From NCBI GenBank assembly GCA_002633005.1, contig NMRA01000033.1:463346-527345 (forward strand): a DNA stretch of 64,000 bases, read 5' to 3'. The notes beneath the pieces were generated by a model, which was not told where the DNA came from, ran no database searches, and was given only the letters and a program-made list of their open reading frames with translations. This DNA is from Phoronis australis. Its lineage: Eukaryota; Animalia; Phoronida. Below are positions 14,230 to 33,200 of this stretch, in pieces (within the stretch, counting starts at the first letter, position 1; each line of letters begins with the position of its first letter). Made by a program: the position numbers and the translations under genes.

Positions 14230-14420
14230 CACGTGCGATAACCACAAACTATTTCAACTGAGTCACATGAGTTAGGCAAAGGCTAGCGCGAGACTGAGCG
14301 AAGCACGTGACGCTGGCACGTGACACTTGCAAATTAGCATGAGAAGGTATTGGGTAAAATTTGTAGGATTTGTGCACCTTGGACTTTATATTCGTCAACA
14401 TGCGTGATTTCACGTAACTT
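14230..14420 (+). promoter_or_regulatory. Putative SEC61B promoter with clustered E-box motifs
   Basis: GCACGTGAC occurs twice (CACGTG at 14304 and 14317), plus CACGTG near 14230 and GTCACATGA near 14262. The region is CpG-richer and 100-290 bp upstream of the ATG-only exon. Confidence 0.45.
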
Positions 14421-14515
14421 CCTCAAAATAGCACCCGGTAACAGATACTTGAGCAAACCACGACAGATTTTCAACGATTTGTTCAAATTATCTTGACTGA
14501 ATCGTCTCCAGACTT

Positions 14516-21498
<6,983 letters not shown>

Positions 21499-24243
21499 GA
21501 CATACAGCAATGATAGCCCCAGACACTGGACAGTAATATGTACTAATGGTGCATACATGTTCCCATGGGAATTGTGTCAGGAAAACAACATGCTTATGTC
21601 GACTTGCATGTGAAAGACTTTGTGGGGCAAGAAAGACCAATGACAAAGCTGGGAACTTACTTCTGGAAAATAATATATGCATGTTTTGTGTAAAACCACC
21701 TGTTTTAAAGAAATATGAAATTAATTGTATAGATTAACAACTTGTTTTTTTTTTCCTCAACCAAGCACAAATAGCTCGAGTAGTCCTTACTCATTAATCC
21801 ATTTCCAGCTGGAAAATAAGTCTTCATGTTAAAGCCTATCTTGAACGGTAACAAATGTAACGAACAACTGTTAATGACCTTTTGTTGTTTGTGCAGCGGT
21901 GATACAATAAGGCGCGAAAAGGCCGTTTCACCTATCCTTTGACGGGCCTACATTTGCGTGATTAAACTTGCCTTTTATTATTTTGCTAAGGCTTTGCTAG
22001 GAGTACCTGACAAGACCAATACATCTAGAATAACAAAATTCCGTTGAAGTTAGGCTTTAAAGAAGACCAATATTCAAGCTCGGTCATCTGCTATGCTTTT
22101 CAAGCTTATTGGACCAACCTAAAACAAAACTACGCGAGAGTGACTTCAGTCACCAAAATGGTGGGTCTCCCTAATTGTCCAGCAGCACCCTCCCCTGTCA
22201 AAAATCTAATGGAGTACCCTGTAGTGGGTCTCACCACAAAATTATTTAAGTTATTAGTGCAAGATGCTTCGGAACTTGAAAAATGGAATATTTTTACATA
22301 CAAAAATATTTAATGTGGTTCTTGCTTGATATAGAAACTTTTTAAACATTTCAATACCAAAGCTAGTGGTGATTGTATTCGTTTGAGCTAGTTATGTTAG
22401 TACATAGAAAAAACATGATCACTAAAAAATTGCACAGATTTATTACTTGAGGAACAGCATTTCGTATGACACCTGATCACTCTGACAAAGGTGGACAATT
22501 CACATCAATGCGTTACATTCTTGCATTAAAATAAAATGAAAAACAAATTAAAGTTGACAAGAGAAATCACTACAACCGATTAGTACGAACTATCAACATG
22601 ATGGCATTTGAATTGATCACAACTGAAAATCTTACAAGACTGCAGCAGTTCTTAGATATGCTGACATAATTTTTTTCAGAAAATGTTACTAACAAATAAT
22701 TTCTGCCTTTGGCTGAAATTTTATTCCTACATACAATACACACCAAATGTTATTAGACAAAATAACTCGGAATTCTGTCATTCCGTATGAACGCAAAGAG
22801 AATTCCCGTTGTCATGGCAACAGAATGCAGAGAAGCTGGAATGACCTGACATTGCCCTTCATGACGGACACAGATCTATCTTGTCTGATTATACTTGGCG
22901 AGCACTGTATTTTAAATAGTCATTTCATAAGAGGTTTTAACATCAAATGAGATAAACATTCAGACACGAAATTAAAAACATCTAAAAAATGTTTTGACAA
23001 TAGACACAGTGTGTATTGTTTATGTGAGCAGAACAAACCTCTGCCTGAAACAAATCATTGTTGCCTCAAATACACCACAGTTAGATGGATATGAAGACTT
23101 GCATGGTAAGCACTGCCATGTAAACATCTAAGCATAAATTCTCCAGTTAGAAGGTTTGCTTAAAAAACAAAGCATTAAAGCCTGGTGCATCACCGACTTT
23201 GGTCTAATTAGCAGTGTATGAGGCTTCAAATCACAGCTCTGTTATAGCACAGTTCCTCAGTTTAGTAAAGCAGACGCACACCACAATATCTGCCGTCTGC
23301 TACATTCTGCCATATAGCTGCGTCCTAAGACACACCTGACGTCAACATACAAACATTACAAAATACCTCGAGATTTCTGGCTCAATGCAAGTCAATAAAT
23401 AAGAGAGCACAAACTTGGATAATTCTTGTATTGAAAAATGTACATGAGTCATAAGCAGACAAAAGCTGTAATTGGTATAGAATTGAAGAGCGTGACCTGA
23501 GCAAGCAAAAAATGATATGAATCAATAGAACATGGCATATATTGCAATAGACGACACATCAAACTTCAAAATTTAATTAATTTGTTTAGTGCAAAATGGT
23601 CCAGCCAATGAAACCAATACGATTAACTTTCACCACAATTTGATATTTTATTATTATCCCTAACTGGCAGTAAACAAAAAGTGTTTTAGCCTGTTCAAAA
23701 CAATACCAATAGATTTTCAAATGTTAAATGAGTTTTCATAAGTCATTCCTATTACTGCCACCATTTTGATAACATAAAATTAACAAAAATTAATACTAAC
23801 TATAACATAAAACCATAACAAATTTTTAACAACTAAGCAAGGATGATCACTTAATAACAAAACAACTCTTGATACAAAAAGTCTACTTGGAAAAGGGATC
23901 AGGAATGTCTTTGTCTACTCACACCATGTCATTGATTAACATTTATTTTGATTAGCTATTTTTGTTACTGGTGACAAGGTTTAATATCAATACCCTTTGC
24001 AAAATTCCATCAGGCACTGTGAATTGTTCATAGAAAAGGAAACAAAAACCAAGGAGTAATAGTTCGTGAAAAATCAAAAAGAAAATTTAGGGATGGCTTG
24101 TAAGATTATATACTAATACAAATCTCAAAACACAGGGCAACAAACATAACAGCACTCAACTTGTATACACTGCATTCATAGACAAAACAGAAATAAACAA
24201 AATGTTAATTTACAAATGATAATGAAGATTCCTTTCTGTGACA

Positions 24244-27200
24244 TCATGTGTCAATTTTACTTGTCTTCAGGTCACTCGGTCCATTAATGAGAGTTTCAGT
24301 TTGTTCGCGATCAATGTCACGTAACCTAGACAGAAAAGATGACATTTTATAGTAACATTTACGAGACAACAGTACAACCAGCAATAAATTTTCCAATTCT
24401 TAATACACGGTCTGTACACGTTGATTTTCTACAGGTATTTTGACAATAAACAACTTATGAGTAAATAAAGCTTCACAAACAACATAGGAAACATTAGAAG
24501 CGACAGACATACGCATTATTGCAATAGTACTGTCACTTATTATTCACAACTGAATTTGTGTATGAAATATAAATTCTATATGGCAGACAAGAACAGGTAA
24601 ACATCCAGGATCGTGTCCCCTGAACCCCCTTGCGATTCTCGCCCGAAGTAAGTTAATAAATTGAAATGTCGTTCCTGACATACAGGAAATCATTTGGATC
24701 GTATTACTACTGCATTTTCGAGACCAGGTAACTTTGAAACAAACAGCAGAGGACAGATTTGCATTACATACCCTCTCATTTTCACTGGACACAACTCTAA
24801 CAGAGATGGTATCAAGAAAACTGTGAAGAAGCATTGCCCATAATGCTAAGCTTTAAACCACATACTCTTCGTTATGATTATGCATGACAACTAGCTGGGT
24901 AAATCTCTATAGACGTTTTTAGGAAAGCGTTGACAAAACATGTTCTAGTCAAAACTCGGCGAAATGTCAAAGCAAAAATTCGTGGCTAATGTTCAAATGA
25001 ATCAATACCTGGTTTACCTCTGGGCTTTAGGCATTGCTTCGACAAAACCAGACGAATTTTGATGAAATCATGAGTCAACTCGTTTCCAAAACTACTGTAC
25101 ATAAAACTGGCTGTCATACTGTAATTCTACATGTTTTTGTGAATTTCACTTTGAGAACTTACCTTGCTAGAGTCCTCCGTCGGTCACATTGACAGATACA
25201 GTGAATGATTTTTTTGATACAGAGTAGGACGGGGTCCCAGTTCTCCCAGTGAGTGAGCAAGCTGACTGCGAAGAACGACAAGAACACAGGCCCACTGCCA
25301 GCATATACCAACCAGTTGTAGGTTTTCTGTAAATGATAAGCCGGTATCAACAACGCTGCAGACTGTTTACATTATGAGCTTTATAAAAAAGACACTAAAA
25401 CCTCAGGAATGCACATACACTGGTTTTCAAAATGAGACAGGCTTAGAAAGAGCTCTGACAGATTTCACCAAACTTGCATTTTACAGGAGCTTTTGTTGTG
25501 CTGTAAAATAGCGTTTTTGTCAACAAGCTTTAGTCAGAGTGAAATGGTCCTAGCCACTAACTGTTAATTTTTTGACAGACTTGCAGGGTTAGTTGTTGCA
25601 ATGTCAACAGACCGCGTGGAGCAGAACCTGTCAAAGTTTTGCCGGCATTTAGCCGGAACCAAAGCAGGTTCTAGACAAAAAGCACGGACATTTAGTCGCG
25701 GTATTGTCCATCAAAACTTCGATGAAGTGGACATTGTTTAGTTTATTTTTGATGATAATTTTTTTGTTAAACGCTTATAAACACAAAAATATCGCCATAA
25801 CAACATGTGAGAGAATAAACACTACAAACAACCAGTTTGATGACTTATGCTGTATAACTATTCTTTTGTTGTTTAAGGAATTTTTATTTTAGTTAACACT
25901 TACTCCAAATATAAGGATATCTGCGATCATGGTCATCGGAAGTGACAGACTCATGGCCAGTGTGGCAACCAGCGAGGATGTCAGAAAACAACCCCTGAAA
26001 CAGAATTACATGATGATTATGCGTTTATACATTAAGACATTAATTTTAGTATCTCTTAAAAGACTAGAGGATAACACTTTAAGTGAGAATACAAAAAATA
26101 TTCAAGTTAAACAAGAAAACTACTATAACAGTAGATTCGAAATATGTTGAAAAAACAAATGCAATTCAAGGCAATATCAAAATAACCTTTGAAGGCTTAA
26201 AGTTAGTATTTAAACCTAACTAAACAAATTCGACTTTGTTCACGAAAGAGCATGAAAGTAAATGAATTTCAACAAAGCTCAAAATCAGTAAACAAACACA
26301 TTTAAAAATCACAAGCTCTGCAATGTTTGAATGTTCTCCAAGCAGGACCGAGAACTGGGAACCTCACAGCAGAGTACTTTTCAAGGAAGCATTTGTAAGG
26401 GAGGAAGGAAGCTCTGTAATACTAGACCCACCAACAAGGATTGTTCAATAAAATGTCTCAAGGTAGAATCCAAAACAGAATTGTCTCATTTCAGGGTTTA
26501 CAATTGCAAATAAAAAGCTTTCTAACATCATGTTAATAAAATTTTTCAAAGCAGGATATCAAAATGGTGTTTTTTAAAACGAGTTTTGAAAACAAAAGCG
26601 TTTCATGGTGAGTTTTAAACCTAGGACTATTAACTGTTGTATGGTCCGTGAATATTTACGCACCAGAGCCAAAGAAGCTCAGACAGGACAGTGCCGATGA
26701 CCCCGTTGAGTACTATGTAGAGCCACTGCAGCTTAGATGGCCACTTGAATGACTCACCACCGCTAGAGTCGAGGATGAAGAAACCAGGCCAGAGTAGCAA
26801 TACGTTTAGCAGGCCAACAAAGCCTGCAACGAAAACAATAATTTTAAAGCCATAAGTCAAATAGCTCCAGCACAGGCTGCTCCGGTGTAAGTGTCTGCGA
26901 GAATAAAAATTAATTTGACGGTACTTGGTATGACAATTTTTTTTAAAGTGATACATATTTATTGAAGAATACACAGAATATACAAAGAAATAATGATAAA
27001 CCCAGAAATCATGAAGCATTATACTTGGGTTGTAAACAATTCATAAATAAACTAATATACATAGAGGTATATGCATTATATGTAGTTTTAAGTATTCCTT
27101 AGATATGCTATTACGAATACATAAAAACAAAAACATGTACAGATTCATGCATGGAAATCAGAAGCAACAATATTGATAAACGGTACATAATGTTGCTTAG

Positions 27201-30200
27201 GAGGAATTCATTGAGAACAAGGTCAAGGTTAGGACTACCATTCAATAACAATGCAATTTTAGTAGGGATATTATTACAAGAATTGAGAACATTAACAATT
27301 GATTGGTTTTCATTGAGTGCACAAAAGAGTGAGTCTCTGAAGTATTCGATGAGGGGACATTTGAAGAAAACATGAGGATAAGATTGATGGTCACCATATT
27401 TACAGTTTGGAGAGACATTACTAAAGTTATGCCTAAACTTGTCAGAGTTGAGGACATCTTGATCTGTACAATGCTATTTCATTATCGCGGGGAAGGGAGA
27501 ATTGAGTCAAGGGTGTTGAGTTATCAAAATTATGAAAAACAGTTCTAAAATTATTTTTTTGTACTCGTAAAGGAGTTGCTTTCCTTAACAGAGACTGGAA
27601 GAGAATTCCAGTTGTTGATGCACATCATAACTGTAGACCTTCTGAATGCCTGACTGACGACAGAGGAATTGCATATGGGGTGGAGAATCTCAAATCACTA
27701 CGATGGCCTTGTCTAGTGTATAGATCAAATATTTTTTTGACAGAGACATTGTTGACATTGTTTATTACTTTGAAAGTAAATGTGGTCATGCGAAGATTGC
27801 GTCAAGTAGACAGTTTGGGCCACTTGAGACTATTCAAAACCTTAACACTATTGGATTCCCTGTAAGACCCGGTTATGAGTACGGCAGCTTTATATTGTAA
27901 CTTCTCCAAATGTTGGAGTGCACTTGTATTGGCAGACTGATATGTAATATCACAATAATCAATGTGTGGAAGTACAAAGGATTTGAACAAAACTTCTAAA
28001 TGTGTAGAATTTAGATGACGAGAGACAAGCTTAAGTGGGTTAATTAGTTTCTGAGTTTTTTTGTACGAGCTCCCGAATGTGAGGTGTGAATGAGAGTTTT
28101 TCATCTAACAGTATACCAAGATGTCTGTGCGACTGTTTTCTAGGAATGATTTCATCATTAAGTTTAAGGTCATAAGACGGGTCAACAAGGAAGAGAGAAT
28201 TATAGATTTGGAGAAAGGTGAGGTCAACGCTTTCTTCTGGTTTAAAATTCATTCTCCATTCTTGTGATTACTAGCTGAGTTCATTTAAGCCGTGTTGAAG
28301 CTGCAAAGAACTTTCGCCACCTCCATGAGAGGGTGCCCTGATCAACTTGCCCTAGCTAAAGAAACATTACCAAAGCAGAGAAGCAATTAAGAGCAAAGCA
28401 CTAGCACTGCTTAGCAAACACATTAGAATTCTTCCTAAGGCAAATGCTTAGATCCAAGTGTTCCTTTAGCTGTTCAGACTGGGCACTCGTGATTGATCCG
28501 TGTGGATGATCAGCTGATCGGGGGCAAGTTGCTCCTGGGTACAACTGCCCATCAGGAAGGACACAGTTAAAGCGAATTTAAGTTCTCAAACAAAAACCAC
28601 GTTTTGTGGAAGAGTCAAAGTGCTAGTCTGAACTGAAACTTCGACGTGCATGCTGAGTACAATGATCCTTTTTACGACACTGGCTAGCTCACTGAGTACA
28701 AATTTGCCACAGTATTGTCAACTGGCAGGGCCACTCAACAGTTCAATCGTTTTTCTGCAAAACCCAATACATCCCACAATAACTCATCTCCATAGCAGAC
28801 GATTTCTCTCCAAAAAGTCGCATTCAAATTTCAAATTTGGAAGATATCTCATTTTGGGTTGAAACTCTTCATATGTAAGATGCATTTTAAAATGTGCAGC
28901 TGAGTGCGCAAAATTTTGTGCAATGGAGCGTGCAAAATGTGCAGCAGGGTGCACAGTGGGGTGCGCAAACTGTCATGCCCAACCTACTGCCAACTCACCA
29001 AAGAACATGGGTATATCCATGCAGTCTTCGCTGTCCACTTTGCGTCGTAGTGTGACCAGGTAGATGGCATAGAGCAAGGCACTACCCAGAGCCCACAGCG
29101 CCCCTGTGGGGATAGTGCGTAAGTCTTCAAGGGTAGCGTCACCAAAACACACCATAATCACACCGCCCATGCTGAAAACGAACATACACAGATGAGGTGT
29201 TGACTAAGACCTTATTCCATAGTGGAAAATTCATGCCGTATGAAAACATAATCTGGCTATGCTTTACAACTTTCACAAAGATTGTTTTTAACTAAGCTGG
29301 GTCTTAGCTTCAAAGAGTGTCCTGTTTGGTCAGGGAACAATTGTGAAACCCGAGACTCATGGGTCAGTATCACAGGAAGAAGACTCCAACAATACATACC
29401 TGATTAAAACCACGACTAGCTTGGACAGTGTGAACTTGTCATTACTGTTGGAGCTGGGCACGAGCGCCGCCAGGATAAGAGTGAAAATACTGGATGTGGA
29501 GGAGAGGATGTTGACGATGCTTGGCTTGGTAAACTTGAGTGCATTTTGGTAAGAGTAGTTGGCAAAGAACCACTGCAATACAGGGACACAGACAATCTCA
29601 GGAAGGCAAATGGCTTCATTTTGCATGTGTCACGTTTTAGAGGAATAATCTAGCCTTCACCACGAGGAAAACAACGCAGTAAGTCACTAATACATATTAC
29701 TGTTCGTATTAATATACAGAATACTGACGAGATCTTCAACTCGTTGTTGATTCGCTAAGTGCAGTGAGTCACTAAAATATATATAAATGACTGTACTTAC
29801 TAATATACAGACTGTGTGTGCGGGTGTATGTATACATAAATGACTGTACTTGCTGATATACAGACTGCTGCTGAGATTTTCAACACCTTGTTGACTAACT
29901 AAGCACAGTAAGTCACTAATATACACACGCACTCACACATACAAATATACAAATACATCCCTGTACCGAATATTACAGCTTATCCTACATGCGTGATGAT
30001 ATGGCTATGAAATACAGGTCGTATTGTGAAGTTTGATGTGGAAGAACTACTTTTCTGTATTCAATGCATGTTGAATATGGATTTTCTGTATACAACACGC
30101 CTTGAATATGGATGCCTCTTTTCTCGCCAAAATTACCTCTTGAGCACACAATACACAACAGTTGATGAAACATGATTTTATGTATAGCATCACTTTGGGT

Positions 30201-33200
30201 TTAGCACCGTGCGCAATATTTTCACATGCCAATACTATGATATGCGTTTTCAAAACTAAACAAAAAAGTGAAATAAAAATATTGTTGACAATTTTTCTTC
30301 ATATCCCTTGAAATTTTGCACTTGAGGAGAACACTTAAATCACAAAAAGTCTTGAAATTGCCACAATATATTTGAGATTACGAAAGCAATATGCATTACA
30401 AATGCATGCCTCCTTTTGATCAACTATTGCATTACACCAGTTGAGGTTCTTTACAGTCAAATATGAGTCAAAACAATCAAAATATGTCGAGCCCAAAAGC
30501 AAAACTGCAACTGCAGTAAATATTGTATTTTTGTCAATTTCATGATAAATTTCGGAATATTTTTAACCTAAAAACGATAAGAACCGCATGCAAGGAGCAT
30601 TTTAAGAAGCGTCTGAATGTGCATCAGCCACAACGTCTGGGTGTCCTGCACAGATATTACTCAACGAAGACAAGAAAAATCGTCAGAAACGTAAGCAAAT
30701 TTTAATAGATTTAGCTCAATCTCTGAGGAAAATAATGAAAATAGCAGATATGCACCCCAAGTCTGTAGCTGTTGTAAAATACAACTCGACTGCCGTGTCA
30801 TGCAGGCTGCAAAAAATTCATTCATAAAAATATTGCGTGCACGTATACGTGTCACGCGATCTACGATCATCATTGATAAATGATGACAAACGACACCACG
30901 ACAAGCGCAGCAATCTGTGTAAACCCACTTCTTTAAAGAATCCTCAGTGGGGTGTATAGGATAAATAGGTTATATACAACGTACGTGTTTGTACCTGTGA
31001 GTTATCATATCGAGATTTGTGATATGCAAAAGTATTTGAACTCGGGCTTCACCCTCGTTCAAATACTTTTGCATGTCACGAATCTCGATATAATAACCAC
31101 TGGTACAAACACGTACGTTGTATAACCTTTATATATACAGAGTATATTACCAAGATTTTCAACAATTGGTTGACTAACAAAGCAGGGTAAGTCACTAATA
31201 TATATACCTATACTTACTAATATACAGAATATTGCTGAGATCTTCAACACCTGTTTTATGCTCAACTTGTTGACCAAGTGTTGTTGTGCTTCCTGGGCCT
31301 TCAAGTAAGCCACATAGGAGAGACGAGATAACTTGCTCTCTGTTGATTCTGCGACAAGTAGAGAAGGCAGCCAGTTCAGTAATGAGGCTGTGATGAGCAC
31401 ACATTGGACTTAGTGGATATAAATGTATACGATAACATGCCAAGAATTGATTATTTTACAACGAGTCAATGAGTATGACCTTACTTTGCTTAGGAATTGA
31501 ATAGAGTACGACACAATATGACAGAAAAGTAAAATTTAATTGTCTCGTTTTTTCTATAAGCGATTTCCAGCACTAAATTTATGCTTTCCATGTACAAGTG
31601 CTGCAACCACACCATCTACCAAACAATATTTAGAAACAATGTTGAAAAGTCCTTGGAACACAAAAAGGTGAGATTTTATCGTACAATGATTTTTGAGAAA
31701 CACCATTTTTTATTAAATATGTATCCTAAACAAATGACCCTAGGTCACACTTCATATGGTGTCAACAAGGATCACAAGTTTATTAGTATTTTCCTGATGG
31801 ACTACAGGAAAGAAAATACTTAGAGCCTTTTTCTTTTACAATTTAAACCTGTGAATTCAAAAATGAAAATAATACCTGATAGGTGCCTGATTTCAGACAG
31901 CTGGCTAAATCGAACAGACTTCTTTCGACCAAGAGCTGAAGAGCAAAAGAAAACAACAGGCTGAAGCGTTTGTCCAGTTGACAGTCAGTACAATGACAGA
32001 TCAAAGCATTTGTCCAGCTGACAGTCAGTACAATGACAGATCAAAGCGGTTGTCCAGCTGACAGTCAGTACAATGACAGATCAAAGCGTTTGTTCAGCTG
32101 ACAGTCAGTACAATGACAGATCAAAGCGTTTGTCCAGCTGACAGTCAGTACAATGACAGATCAAAGCACCGGTTCGAGATGAATAATTGATATATACGTT
32201 TAGTAGATTTTTTGTTAAGTTACGCAAAGGAAACAACTTCAATCAAAAATCATTGAAAGAATGTATCGCGTGCTTGCAATTGACATAAGCCTCAGTTCTA
32301 ATTACCACAATTAACTCTTACTTACAGCCTCATACAGACTTGGTTAGGACAAATATGAAAATACTGCAGCACAATACATATATACCGCAACTAAATGGCC
32401 GATGCATCTAAAGTTACTTGCGACAAAATCAAGTTTGAGTGTACACACACAGCGCTTCCATTAATTACCTGCCGAACTGTCATCAGATTCAGTACCACTG
32501 CTGCGGCCGCCGTCGTATTTTATAGGTACATACATGGGCTCCCCCTGAAGACAGACAAAGTATTTAGTAGTGCAAATCAGCGGAGCACAGACTTTGACTT
32601 AAGTAAAATAAGATCAACATTGATAAGCAAGCTTAAAACACGACTTGTCATCAGAAATGAGCCAAACATTGAGCTCTATTGGTTGCATGCCTATCTGACT
32701 GTCATGAAGTGTAATATATATTAGACTAAGTGGCCTTCAACGTTTATGTTAGAATGTTCTTCTTGTCACGTCTGACATCCATCATATGGTACTGATCAAA
32801 GACAGCTGAAGTTAGTATTGAAGACATTCTCACCAGAGAAGAACTTAAATCTTCACCTTCTTCTGTAGCAACCTAAAAATAAAATTGTAAAGGGTAACTT
32901 AACATTAATGACTACAGTCATTCCAGCACTTGCATTCGTACAGTGTTGTAACAAAAGTTGAAAAATGATAGCAAACTCTGTTACCCATATCACGACACTT
33001 GCCATCAGATCTAGAGTCTCAGGAAGTCCCATGTGACCATTTGAGTCCTATTTTTGATAACCCTTCGTGCAAAAGTGGAACTTTTTAAAAACATTTCCTT
33101 TGAAGAGTGCATACAACATAGCATGTTAAAACTTTACATACATCCGACAAGTCATTTCTGAAATATGACTGAAGTTAGTCAAATTCAGACATTTTCTAGG

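Noticed and set aside
13880-14270. Head-to-head ALG2 gene next to SEC61B, as in vertebrates
   Set aside because: No HPDLGIGGAER-like motif or convincing minus-strand coding exon was found; only an isolated donor-like site near 14106.
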